Below, one piece after another: positions 10,264 through 22,110 of a stretch of DNA of 64,000 nucleotides (the first letter of the stretch is position 1; each line of letters begins with the position of its first letter). The position numbers and the translations under genes were made by a program. The stretch is from Psammoneis japonica (taxonomy: Eukaryota). Location of the stretch: contig QPGO01000103.1 of NCBI GenBank assembly GCA_008632985.1, positions 186,001-250,000 of the forward strand. The letters run 5' to 3'. Under the pieces are notes generated by a model. The model did no database searches. It was not told where the DNA came from and worked only from the letters and a program-made list of their open reading frames with translations.

Positions 10264-12297
10264 ATGGTTCTCACGCGACAGCAACAAACCGAAAGCTTCA
10301 AATACATTCTGTGCACTGTGCTCAATCAAGACGATGACAGCCCTTTTCGTTCTGCCCTGTCCATCAACGGGATTGAATCGTGCGAGGAATTGTTCACGTT
10401 CTTGCCCACCCAAATTGATGCCCTCACTTACAGAGACGGCGCCAATGTAGTGCCTTTGCCACGGACCCACAGAAACCTCCTAGCAGCTTTGATCAGCTTC
10501 TGCTTTGTCAAAGTTTGCAATGGTGATGATGTGACCAATGAACCCCAGTTGCTCACACCCGAGGAATTTCGCAACTACCGCCTTGGTCCAGACTACTTGG
10601 CCTCTCTAGCCACTGGCGCAGCACCCTCCGCACCTGTGCCGAGTCCCTTGCCATCCAAACCAGATGAACCCAGTGCCATTTTGACACCAGCCTTGCACTG
10701 TGCCGCCACTCAGGTGTCCCCTGGAAGTGGTGTCAGTCACGCCCCGCATGTCTTGACCAACCCGCCTGCAAGCAACCTCGGCCCAGTGCAGGATTGCAGC
10801 CCTTGCACAGGCCCACACTTCGAGACCAGTTGGGACACTCCACCCATGGCTTCCAAAGCTGCAGTCTTTGCACCCCGCAAACCACGTGCTGCCAACCTCC
10901 ACGTGTCGACTTCTGTCGCTGTCACCCTTCACAGTCTTCGTTTGGGAAGTGATGGAGGTGACAACTTGCTTCTCGCATCTCCTGATGGGGAGCCTCCTTT
11001 TCCCGTCATTGAATCTGTTCACAACAGTTCAACCGGTTCATCAGATGGGGAGTTCAGGACATCCAAGCAGCTTCGTTGTCTTTGGATGCCCCAAGTCTCG
11101 TGCCTTGAGACCAGGCCTCCTGATTGGATGCCTCAAGTCTCGCACCTCGAGACCAGGCCTCCTGATTGGATGCCCCAAGTCTCGCACCTCGAGACTGGGC
11201 CTCCTGATTGGATGCCCCAAGTCTTGTACCTCGAGACTGGGCCTCCTGATTGGATGCCTCAAGTCTCGTACCTCGAGACTGGCAGGATGCCCCAAGTCTC
11301 GTACCTCGAGACCAGGTCTCCTGATTGGATGTCCCAAGTCTCGCACCTCGAGACTGGGCCTCCTGATTGGATGCCTCAAGTCTCGTGCCTCGAGACTGGG
11401 CCTCCTGATTGGATGCCCCAAGTCTCGTACCTTGAGACCAGGTCTCCTGATTGGATGTCCCAAGTCTCGCACCTCGAGACTGGGCCTCCTGATTGGATGC
11501 CTCAAGTCTCGTGCCTCGAGACTGGGCCTCCTGATTGGATGCCCCAAGTGTCGTACATCGAGACTGGGCCTCCTGATCGGATGCCCCAAGTCTCGTGCCT
11601 TGGGACCAGGCCTCCCAACTGGACTCTCCACGTCTCGTGCCTCAAGACCGGGCCTCCCAATTGGATCCTCCACATCTCATACCTCAAGACTCGGCCTCCG
11701 GATTGGATCCCTCAAGTCTTGCACCACGAGACTCGGCCTCCTGATTGGATCCCCCAAGTCTCGCACCTCAAGACTTGGCCTCCTGATTGGATCCCCGAAG
11801 ACTCGTGTCACAACACTGGCAAGTCCTTTTGGATCCCAGAAGTCTTGCAGCACGGGACTGGTTGCCCCAATCAGACATCTGCAGCCTTGCACCACAAGAT
11901 GTCTTGCTCCAATCCGATCCCCAAAGGCTTGCACCTTGAGACTCGTTTCTCCAATTGGATCAGTCTCTCAGGAGATGCAGTTGGATTGGTGGAACACAAG
12001 ACCACCGCTTGTGCCTTTGAACTGATGCTTGCTCTGTTCCCCGAGTCATGCAAACGCCATGCCGCCTGCAATGTTGCCCCACCGTTCAACATTGTCAACC
12101 AGACCAAGCTTTGCTCCTTCCATTGCAAGCGCGGATGTGGAATCCCACAAGATCCCAAGTGTGCCTTGAGCTTTGAAAAGCACAACGGCATCTGCAATTG
12201 GGGAGACGCAGCTCATCTCAAGATGACCCACTTGGAGAATGCAACGTTGCTCTTGGATCTTGATCCTTTCTTGTCTCCTCATGTTTTGGTGCTTTGA
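10264..12297 (+). CDS. Gag-like N-terminus fused to a 14-aa tandem repeat region (ORF of the LTR element)
   Basis: MVLTRQQQTESFKYILCTVL...LTPEEFRNYR resembles diatom copia gag N-termini and is followed by (ETGPPDWMPQVS[Y/H/C]L)n. No protease, integrase or RT motifs. Confidence 0.6.
   Translation: MVLTRQQQTESFKYILCTVLNQDDDSPFRSALSINGIESCEELFTFLPTQIDALTYRDGANVVPLPRTHRNLLAALISFCFVKVCNGDDVTNEPQLLTPEEFRNYRLGPDYLASLATGAAPSAPVPSPLPSKPDEPSAILTPALHCAATQVSPGSGVSHAPHVLTNPPASNLGPVQDCSPCTGPHFETSWDTPPMASKAAVFAPRKPRAANLHVSTSVAVTLHSLRLGSDGGDNLLLASPDGEPPFPVIESVHNSSTGSSDGEFRTSKQLRCLWMPQVSCLETRPPDWMPQVSHLETRPPDWMPQVSHLETGPPDWMPQVLYLETGPPDWMPQVSYLETGRMPQVSYLETRSPDWMSQVSHLETGPPDWMPQVSCLETGPPDWMPQVSYLETRSPDWMSQVSHLETGPPDWMPQVSCLETGPPDWMPQVSYIETGPPDRMPQVSCLGTRPPNWTLHVSCLKTGPPNWILHISYLKTRPPDWIPQVLHHETRPPDWIPQVSHLKTWPPDWIPEDSCHNTGKSFWIPEVLQHGTGCPNQTSAALHHKMSCSNPIPKGLHLETRFSNWISLSGDAVGLVEHKTTACAFELMLALFPESCKRHAACNVAPPFNIVNQTKLCSFHCKRGCGIPQDPKCALSFEKHNGICNWGDAAHLKMTHLENATLLLDLDPFLSPHVLVL
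11083..11960 (+). repeat. 42-bp tandem array, roughly 16-20 units, degenerating toward the 3' end
   Basis: Unit tggatgccccaagtctcgtacctcgagactgggcctcctgat is repeated head to tail without spacers. Confidence 0.95.
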
Positions 12298-13049
12298 CTC
12301 CAAAGTTCTTTAGTCAATCCGAAGTCGAATCTGTTTCTGTGGCTCCTCAAGCAAACTGGGGAGTGACAGGATTTGAACAGGATTTGGGTGCGCGCGAAAT
12401 GTCGCGCGCTGTTTAGTTTGCCGTGCACAGTTTTGTGTGCTTTAGTTCCGCGCGTTCGCGCGCGATGTAGTTTGCTTTCGAGCCACAAGGCTCACAAGAA
12501 CAATGACAGTAGCCCGATTGTGCCAACTTGCACGTCTTTCGGCTCCTGCAACGGTCTCTGAGCAGAGACTCATCTGCCATTTAGACAGCAGCAAGGAGTC
12601 ATTGTTTGAATTCTTGCCATTTGCCTTCAATTTCTGTCACCATTTGACCAATGAGTGCCAAACTCTGCAGCATCCAGCCAAGTTTGTGAAGGCTTTGCAT
12701 CCATCCATGACCAAAAAGAAAAATGATGAAGAGGAGCTGAACACCATCACGTCAACCAAGTGGTCAAGAAAGTGCTCAAGAGTGAGAAACCAAAGTCCAC
12801 TCACCTGGTTTGCTGTCAAACAATGACTTGCATTTCTTTAGAATCTGAAGCAATTTTTCCTGTTGAAAATTGTCAAGAATTTTTTGTGTTTTTGACCAGT
12901 GACAGCAAATCTGCCATGCAACATTTCACCACCATGAAGACAGTCAAGACTCTCACACTGTTGCTTTTTAACTGCTCAGACTCCTCAACATGAAAAGAGT
13001 CATTGGATGTGATGTCCAGATGTTGCTTTGGAATTGTTCCCCATTTTCT

Positions 13050-13440
13050 TGAGGTTGTTGCTCAACAGTCTGACACAAAAAAACGTGGGTCAACACCTGG
13101 ATTTTCTAGAGTGACTCGGCCAATTGTCACACTGCAGATGCCCCATCTGCCCTCATTCAAGCAGACTTCAGATTCAATTGTGGCTGTCTGAGACATCTCC
13201 AGAAGCCTCAAGTTGACTGGGCAATGCTTGCTTGTCTTGAGCGCTCCTGCTGCAACAGTTCCCTGGCTTGATGAGGCTGAATTTTCTCTTGGAGTTTCAG
13301 GCCACGGTGAGCATCAACTGGTGTGCCACGTGCTCCACTGTCAAACAATGCTTTTAGAACATTTTTTTGCATTTGCTGTGCATGGATTTCAAGGCTGGAA
13401 ACAATGGCAGTGCAACATGCTTGAGGTTTTGCCATTTTCT
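13050..13440 (-). mobile_element. Decayed gypsy-type aspartic protease fragment
   Basis: LKALFDSGARGT (D-S-G active site), followed downstream by SVTIGRVTLENPGVD, which resembles YD.IIGRD.L..LG.D. Confidence 0.55.
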
Positions 13441-14521
13441 GGGTTGGCCTGCAGCATGAGTTCCAGAGAATTGAAGAGTGGGCACTGGCGGCATTGAGAA
13501 ATTTGTCGGTGGTGAACCACCAAAATCATCAGGACATCAGGACTGTCATGCCAGCTTCTTTCTCAGACCATGTGCAGTGCCCTTCATCTTTGCTGTCAGA
13601 ATCCTCTGAAAGCACCAGTGTCTTGAATTGACTCGACTCTTCCTCACGAATCTTGCGCTTTGGTTTTGCAGCAGAAGCTGGCCATCAGCACTGCACCTCA
13701 GATGCGTGTGCATGTGCGAGGCATGTGCTCAACAGCATTTGTTGCATCCCAAGCTGAACTTGGAGCAGTGCTTTTCATTTGCAGATGAACATGTTTGTGC
13801 ATTTCTCAGCCAGCCAAGCGAGCCAACAAGCTGGCAATGTGTTCTCACAGTTGACAGTTGCAGCCAATCGTGTCCTGATGAACTGCCTCAAAATTCAGCT
13901 GCCTGCTTGCAGCATGTGAGGCACCGCACCCCACCACCAGCATCATTGGCAGCAAGGTTGGACAGGTTGAGTCATGCAAAATGAGACTCCAGCATGTCAA
14001 AGCCATGCCAAAAGTTGTGCGCTGATTCAGCCTTTCATGAAAGCTGAAAAAGTGCCTGTTCTTTTGCCAAAGATGGTGGTCAGCACCAGCCACACTGGCA
14101 ACTCCCCCAGAACATTTCTTTTCAGAGTGCTAGAAAGACCCAAGAAAAGCTGCCATTTGAGATGTGCCAAGCTTTGTGTCTGTTTTTTTTGCAGCTTTCG
14201 CCAGGTGGTGTGCACCCCGCACTTCTTTGCCGGCCATGCTTGTCACAGCAGCGCAGGAGCTGGCCAAAAAATGTGATTGCTGTGGCCATTGTCTTGCACC
14301 TGCTGCTGCAGTCATGATTTGCAGCAAGAAAAGCTTGTTGCAACAACCGTCTTCAATGCGCGCAATGACTCGGCGGAGATTGGAGATGCCAGCGTGATGG
14401 AGTGGTCAGCGCCCTTCCCCATCTGTTCATGTGGCAGGAGGTTTTCACCCACAAGGAACAAGCTGCTGCCAGCCCACTCTTTTTTTCCTCCTCAGCACTG
14501 TGCTGTGTGCTGGCAATGAGC

Positions 14522-14543
14522 AGAGAGAGAGAGAGAGAGAGAG
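14522..14543 (+). repeat. (AG)n microsatellite
   Basis: Run of agagag... Confidence 0.9.
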
Positions 14544-15245
14544 CTTGCTGCTTGGTGGTGCGCAACCCTTGTGGCTCTCTTGCAGGAGCATCGTCGCCTC
14601 TGGGCTCCCCACCACTTGCAAGCTCCAGCTCGAGGTCTGGTTTTTCGTGGCTCACGCTGCAGGGCTGTGGCCACAAGTGAGGAGAAGGCAGCGAGCAGAA
14701 GGCAGCGAGCGACAGAGAGCCATCGTCTTGTGATTGCCAATTTTTGTCAACAGCTTCGACCTTTGTTGCTGCTTCATCCCATTAATCATGTGTTCAATCT
14801 TTACTATTTATAAAAACGCACAGTAAATAAATAATGAGCACGTGCTGTCCTTTAATAAAAATAAAAAGGATTAAATGTCAATATACGAGGAATTAATTAG
14901 GAATATCAAAATTTGTAATGACCAGAGTTTTCTTGAATCATGTTTTCGCATATGCTTACCTTCATCATCGAACATGAGGAAATATACACATTGAAGAGGC
15001 GGAGAAAAGAGACAGTGAACACCAACATGCGATAATAGCTGCTGCTTCGCGTTGTTGCTTGATGCGTTTTACATCGCGGTTTACAACAGGAAAAGGGAAC
15101 GAAACGAGCTCTGCAGTAACTACTTTCACGTCTTTCTTAGGCCTTCTTTGACTATTAGACCAATCTGCTTTCAATCGCATTGAGTTTCAGGGCTTTTCTC
15201 CCTCATCCGCATCGTTCGACTGACTAACAACAGCCACATAGGCTG

Positions 15246-16454
15246 ATGACTCAACTGCTGGACTTTGCTGTCGTAACCATTTTTGCCCGGGAGGTTCTGG
15301 AGGGGGCAATCATTATTGGTCAATACCGAACTATTATTCTAAGAACTGATACATTCCCATCGAGGGCCGCTAAGGACGCCGCGCTACGTGCCACAACAAT
15401 TGCGGCTATTCTTGCCTCCATATTTGCGGTTGCTGTATGCGCTTGCGTGGCAATTCCTCTTTCCGTTTTGTCCAGTGATTTTGACGATCGTACTTCTAAA
15501 GTGATTGAGGGAGTGTCAAAGATTGTGGCTGCTGTTTGCATCCTGCAGCTGTCTCTGAAATTCCCCAAGTGGCTTGGTGTTTATGCATCAAAAAAGAGCT
15601 TGGGTAACGAAACATCGCTTGAAGGACTCTCTCTGGCATCAATTCGTTTCAATGTTGCGTGGAATATTTGGAGAGAAGTCGCAGAGTGTGGAATCTTTCT
15701 TATTCCCTTCTTTCTCAGTGGTGAAGGTGTCACAGCAATTCCCCTTAGTGCGGTGATTGGATCGGTTGTTGGACTTCTACTAGGATTGATGATTTACTGC
15801 GCCAACAAGAAGCTAAGAGACAAGACGGGCTTAGCCATTTTTGCAACGATTCTTCTTCTGTTTGTTTCTACAGGACTTTTCACCGGGGGATGTCATAACC
15901 TGGAAAAGGTTTTTGGCATGACCAACAACGTATGGAAGTTGAATGGGGAGTTCTGGAGTGTGGATCGGTTACCAATGACCGTCCTCAAACCTTTCGGCTA
16001 CTCCGATAGTCGAACGGTCCTTCAGATCTGCTGCTTTTGGTTGTGGCTATTCTTTGGATTCGTCCTTCACTTTTTAAAGTGGCGGCAGTCGCAAAGGATA
16101 TTCGCCAAGTTGGCCCAAGATGAACAAGACGCATTAGCAGCGACTGATGAGGACGAAGAGGCTGCTATCCGAGAAACAGACTCTGGAAAGGACGAAGAAG
16201 CATTGACGTCTACTACTGCTAATCTTTCTAGAGCGTCTTCCTCGGCTATCCAAGAGTCCGATGATGACAAGGACGAAGAAGCGCAGACGTCTACTACTGC
16301 TAATCTTTCGAGAGATTCTTCTTCCTCGGAAGAACCCCCCTCCTCACGCTCCGATGATGGAATCGAGAATGGACAATCTCCGCGACATAACAAGGAGCTT
16401 TCTCTGGTGGAAGAGGAAAATATCGAGGTCAACGATATCGAGCAACAAGTGTAA
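15246..16454 (+). CDS. FTR1: High-affinity iron permease, FTR1 family
   Basis: Two RExxE motifs (FAREVLEG, WREVAEC), about 7 hydrophobic segments, and an acidic tail with an internal duplication (KDEEA.TSTTANLSR.SSS twice). Confidence 0.9.
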   Translation: MTQLLDFAVVTIFAREVLEGAIIIGQYRTIILRTDTFPSRAAKDAALRATTIAAILASIFAVAVCACVAIPLSVLSSDFDDRTSKVIEGVSKIVAAVCILQLSLKFPKWLGVYASKKSLGNETSLEGLSLASIRFNVAWNIWREVAECGIFLIPFFLSGEGVTAIPLSAVIGSVVGLLLGLMIYCANKKLRDKTGLAIFATILLLFVSTGLFTGGCHNLEKVFGMTNNVWKLNGEFWSVDRLPMTVLKPFGYSDSRTVLQICCFWLWLFFGFVLHFLKWRQSQRIFAKLAQDEQDALAATDEDEEAAIRETDSGKDEEALTSTTANLSRASSSAIQESDDDKDEEAQTSTTANLSRDSSSSEEPPSSRSDDGIENGQSPRHNKELSLVEEENIEVNDIEQQV

Positions 16455-16981
16455 TTCAGTCACCAACAATGGTGCATCGCAAAGGGTCACTATGACTGTT
16501 GCTTATATGATATGCCACCGACTGCGTCGATACATTCGCCACGTGGTGTCGGTCAGTTGTCAATTGTCACGATTTCATCGCCGGGGAAAAAGAAGAAGTT
16601 TCGGTGCCTCTCCTTTCACTAATGCCCTAGGATAAGAGCCAATACCAGTAGACCTTTAGAGAAAAAGTAGAAGTTGCCTTACAATTCCAGTTTCCAGCAG
16701 ATCTGGGGGGTACGGCACATAATTTGCATGCCAAACACATTTACTCCGCACTGCAAGTGCTCTTGTACAGAATAACCTGTGGGTTGCTAATCATATTTTA
16801 AACTATGCAAGGTCATAAATTGTCATCCGTTGCCTCAATGCACGATGCGCATAACGGAAGACTAACACCCCAGAAGGGCTACGCGTAGTCTGATGTGCAG
16901 AGGATAATAGGCTCGTTCGTATTGATACGTGCAGCATGCAACCAAATTCGTCTCTTGAAACGGAAACGACCTTTGGGATTT

Positions 16982-18261
16982 TTAGTCCATGTTCTCAGGC
17001 CAACCAATGGTGATATCCTTAAACTTGAATGTGGAGGTCGGCATAGAAAGCAGCTTCGGACAATTCGACACGTCAATTGCCTCCAAACACTCAAGGTCTC
17101 CCAGGGCAGATGGCATTTCGATGAATGCCTTGCAGTCCGACACAACGAGCATACGAAGACTCGTAAGTTGACCAACTGTATCGGGAAGAGTAGTTATTTT
17201 CTTGCAGGCTCGTAGATCCAGGAGCGCTAGGCGCTTACAGTTGCCAATCGAGTCCGGAATATCCTGTAGCTTCTTGCACTTGGTCAGCACCAAGTCTTCG
17301 AGGTGAACCAAGTTTCCAATGGCATTAGGGAGGTAGAGTAGATCAGTGCACTTGGAAAGGCCAACCTCAACGAGATTGGTGCAGTTACTCAAAGTTTCGG
17401 GAAGGCGTGACACTTGCTTGCATTCTCGCATATGAAGCTCAGTCAGTTTGGTCAAGTTTCCAATCGAACTTGGAATACTTTCTAGAACCTTGCACTTGTT
17501 CAAGTCCAGGCGTTCTAGACTCTTCAACTGGCCCACAGAGTCGGGGAGCGACCTTAAGACTTTGTTACCGGTTCCAGCCGCCCCTCCAACAACGAGGACG
17601 CGCAGGCTGTTGTAGACACATACAAAAACGTGGTACAGGTAAGACGGTGTAGTCGAATTCAGTCTTATGCTAGAGGAAAGGGAGCACGCACCTATGGAGG
17701 TCTCCAATAGTGTCAGGGAGACTCTGAATCTGCGAGGAGTCGGTTAAGTTCAACTATCACAAGAAATTGAACAGGCAATCGAACGTCAGAGATGAATGTC
17801 TGACAAGTTGTTTTCCGACGACGGACAACACATACCTCTTCAAGTTTCTGAAGCTGGCCAATCGACTCGGGAAGAGTAGTGAGACGCTCGCATCTCGTCA
17901 GAACAAGCTTTTGAAGGTTCGATAGCATTCCAACACTATCGTGAAGTTCTGTAATGTACCGGCTCTTATGCAAGTCGAGGCATCTCAGTGACGCGTACTT
18001 GGCAAGAGACGGCATTTCCATCCATCTGTCTGAATCCAGGCTGTGGCGAGTACTCAACGCAACTACATCGGACATCACGGGATCCACCGTGAGGGTAACA
18101 CCAGAAGAGTCCTCCACCATGATCCAGGTGTTATCAGAACACTCATTCCCGCCTGCTTTTTCTTCGCTTTTTCCATTCTTCGACAGCCTCATTGTCGCAG
18201 TTCCCTCCTCCATGTTAGTCCTCGTCCCTGATTCTTCAGATTTAATGTCCGTATTGTCCAC
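16982..18261 (-). CDS. Leucine-rich repeat protein, intron-containing; 5' end uncertain
   Basis: Repeated LPxSIGxLxxLxxLxLxxC units across ORFs 17713-18261 and 16982-17707, interrupted by two intron-like segments between ~17640 and ~17835. Confidence 0.8.
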
Positions 18262-21200
18262 TGTTGATATGTAGAGTCACTTGTATTTCGATCTATGTTG
18301 CCTTTCGATGCCGGGTACCCTCTAAAAGGTTCCTTGCAAAAATCAATGAGAGAAAGGGGGGGAAGAAGGAGGGTGGGAGGGAAAAAACCGAACTCTTCCC
18401 TGACACCATTCTAGACTATCACACGTCATTATTTCATAAACACTGTACGAACTCTGACCTCATAATGACGTGTTTATATAATGATTTTGAAAATGCCGTT
18501 AATATGACGGATTAGGATAACGCCGCAGAACGCCACCATGCTTGTGCACGACCGTGACATGTCTCAACGTTGATCGGCGTGAAACGGCACTCGAAATGTA
18601 GAGCTGTGGATCTTTTGTGACAAATCTTTAGAATGGACAGCTTGTTGTGGAGCTCATTTTTGGCCAGCACACTCTTGGTTCTTCACTGCAAAGCCAACTG
18701 GTTCACACAGAGCCAGCACATCAGATCTGGTGCACACGCCACCACACTCATGGCTTTGCCTCCACATGCCCGACAAGGAAAGGGCACACAAACCCAAAAA
18801 GATTTTTTCATTTGACCAAGGTGCTGCCTGACTGCATTGTGTGCACCAACAACCCAGCCATGCCAAAGTTCTGTGCACCACCACACCACCCATCTCCGCC
18901 ATGCACAAACATCAACAGAGCTCGCGCTGAGTCGCTTTTGGCCACAATGGCCGGCGTCACTTGGCCACGCATGGAAGGTGCTGACCTGCTTTTAAATTTC
19001 TTGTTTGGCACCTGGCATTGTGTGCAGCAACACTCATTTTCTGCAATTGCTGGCTGATGCTGAGCATTCTTTCTTGTTGCCTCCTCTGCACACAGGCGGG
19101 GGTCAAGATGAGCCCGCGTCTCATCGCGGTTGCTCATCTTGACAAGTGCTGCTTGGCTGTTGTGGGCATGCTTGCATGTGTTTGCAGCAAGCAAAATTTG
19201 TCACCCACAAAACAGCAGCACAAGACTTGGACACTTTGCTTGTGCACAGAGTTCTGGAGTTGGAAAAAGCCACAAAAAGCTGTCTTTCTGCACAGGAAAA
19301 CTTGCATCACGGGACAAATGGGAATTTTCCTTGGAACATTGGGGGTGGATCCCCACCTTCATTGTGGGACCCCGCAAACAAGGAGGGACCCACAATCCAG
19401 AAATGTGTGGAGAGTGTTGCGTGAGCGCAGTTTGCGCGGGTTTTGCGCCAGAGCCATCTCTCGCGAACTGGGTGTTTTTTCAGATTTTTGTGGAAATTGC
19501 ACCAGTTTTGCGCATGTGGGCTGCATGTTTCAGCGTCACATGCAAAAATTTGCTTGGACCTCTGAGGGTCCCTCTGCATTTGTGGGGCCCCACAGCGAAC
19601 CTCAGTGGCACCTCTGTGCTGCCACAGTGGCAGATGGTCAGCCAGCTGAAATTTGTGCAGAGGGAGACAGCCAGCAGCAGGCACCACACCCACAACCCAC
19701 AACAAGGTCCTTGGCAAGCAGACAATGTGGAGGGTGCTGCAGAAGTTTGCACCAACAGTTGACCCAAGAAAGAAAAAATGCTGTCACAAGAGCTGCTGGG
19801 CTGCAGTGGGCCCAGGAGCTTTGTCAATTCAGCGCACTGCACATCCCCATGAAACAAAAGATGCTGTCAGGCTTGCTGCAGTGCAGTGCACATTCATTCA
19901 TCAGCAGCATCAGGAGGAAGATGTGAGCAATGCTGGGGGCATTCACATGGCAATGGCATTGTTTGCTGCCTTTGCAGGCGAAACATGTGTGGAGAGCACT
20001 CATGGCAACTTTGCATTCCCACGCTGTGTTGATCTTTTGTGACAATTTTTTGGAAGGACAGCTTGTTGTTGAGCCCATTTTGGCAAGCACTGCTGCTGCA
20101 AAATTGCACAGCAGAGTTGTTGCACACACTTGCATGATTTTGTGTGCGCACATCCATCAGAGGAGGGGCACACAGATTCTTGCCTTGTCAACACAAGAAC
20201 CCACCTGCACTGACTGGGTCACATGCTTGCTGGCTGTGTTGTGCTGTGTTGTGCTGTGTGCACTTAAAATCATTGCCAGAGCTCCACTCACCAGCCTCAC
20301 CCTCACAAATCAACATCCACAACACACACACAAGCTTCCTCCTGCCACCTTGCCTCCACATTTTTGTTTCTTGGTGTTCAGCACATGGTGGCATGTGACA
20401 ACGTGGTGGATCAAGGCTCTCATTTTTTGCAGCCACACCAGCTGCTGGCTGGCACAGGTGCTGTCACTCATGATGATGGTTGGCTCATCTTGACAAACAT
20501 CAGATGCATTTGTGGCTGTGCGCACATGCTTGGAACCAGCAGAAATTTGCCTGCTGCAGGGTGGCTGGCACAATGCTGTGGGACACATGACTCATGTGTG
20601 GAGAGAGGCCCAGAGAAAGAAAAAAAATGCCTTGGGAGACCTGCAAGGAGCCTTGCTTGGGTGGCCCGTCCTTGGATGACAGCACCGCCAAGCCAACAAA
20701 CAGCCACAAAAAATGCTTTTCTGTGACAAAAATTTGCACAAAATCGTGAGCAGGGCAGCTCTGCACACTGGAGGGCCAGCAGGGGAGAAGCTCAAATTGC
20801 TGAGCCTGCCCTTGCACTAAAATGGCAGTTGGGCCATTCTCAGGCTTGCTCCTCAAACTTGTGCAGGGACAGCCAGAAGCTGGCTTGCACCACACACACA
20901 GCATGATGGTTCAATGGAGTGCTGCCATTTTCACTCTGTGCAAGATCTCTCACTTTGACGTGCTGCCACTTGGCACAGTGTGCAGAGCAGCCGCTGCAGC
21001 AGAAGGAGCTTGCCCTGGCCATGGGCCTGCTTGTTCAACAAAATGATGCTGTGAGGTGAGAGCCACAGAGTTGCAGGAGCTTTGTTTTGATGTGCTGCAT
21101 GCAAAGAAACCAAAAAATGCTGTCACACCTACCACAACATGGTGCAGTCAGGGCCGGTGAGAAAGATGTGTGGGTGATTGCCAACATGCCCTGTCAGTTG

Positions 21201-22110
21201 AAATTGTCTCTGCATGGTGGCAGCATTGCTTTCAACTTGAGTGGGTGTTTGTGGTGTTTGCAGAAGACTCAAGAGAGCTTGGTTGCTGCATGGCAGAGCA
21301 TGGTGATCACAGCAGCCACTGGGAGCCAGAAAGCTGTGTGTCAGGCAGTGCATCCAGAGAAATCAAGCAACAACATCTCAGGTCTCACAGGGAAGTTGGA
21401 ACATGGGGTTGTGCAAAATGCATCATCTTGTGAGAATTTTGTAACCCTGCACCATGGCATGCATGTTCAACATTGTTCAATGGACTTTTGGACACTCAAG
21501 ATTTGTTTTCTGCACAGCAGCACAGTGCCTGTTTGCATGCAGAAGATGGCAAATTCTGTGATTCAATGATCGTCGAGGAAGCCCACAGATGATTTGTGAT
21601 TCAAGAATCTTGTCAACTTGCTCTGAGTGAATGACAAGAACACAAAGGGCTTTCTGGCTGAAGAGCAATGAAAAAAAAAACTGGGTGGAATCAAGAGGAA
21701 CACACTGCCATGGACTGGGTCTTCAGAGGGGGGTTGAGAATCAGAAGAGGAGAGAGTCAGCTCCATGGCATCACCCACATCAAGGTGTGCTTCCCACAAT
21801 TTCCATGTTTGGAAAAGTTGGCAAAGAATGGCAAATCATTTGGTCACAGGCCGAACCATGGAAGTGCTTTGTGGATCAACCACCACCGCTTGGGCAAGGA
21901 CCACGAGAGGGCATCTGGGACAAAAGTTTCCAAATTTTGCCTACAGTCCTGGTCCGAATCACACCGATGGATGCAGAAAAAGGAGACGCAGATCCCAACA
22001 CCTCACTCTTGCCTGGAACTTGACAGGCACACCCAAATAACAACTAGGGGTCTACTCAATTGGGTCTTTCTTCGGATACAGTCCTCACAGCTACAAAGCA
22101 GATCTAACTG

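Larger units (their letters stand above)
9031..12639 (+). mobile_element. Complete non-autonomous LTR retroelement (copia/CoDi-like gag, no pol)
   Basis: 276-bp LTRs at 9031-9306 and 12364-12639, both TGACAG...CTGTCA. TSD CCATT at 9026-9030 and 12640-12644. Purine tract ggggag directly before the 3' LTR. Confidence 0.95.
7880..13810 (+). repeat. Diverged ~140-bp direct repeat pair (~7880-8030 and ~13670-13810), possibly old LTR remnants
   Basis: Shared core gcatgtgct...cagcatt...tcccaagctgaacttgg.gca.tgcttttcatt....gatgaaca. Confidence 0.55.

Noticed and set aside
11083..11960. 42-bp array as a CRISPR array
   Set aside because: The units are contiguous with no unique spacers, no cas genes are present, and the array lies inside a eukaryotic LTR element.
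18630..21940. Dense overlapping Cys/His-rich ORFs in TA-poor blocks (here and elsewhere) as real genes or a variant genetic code
   Set aside because: Loss of TA removes TAA/TAG stops and Tyr codons on both strands, which inflates spurious ORFs. Neighbouring genes use the standard code.
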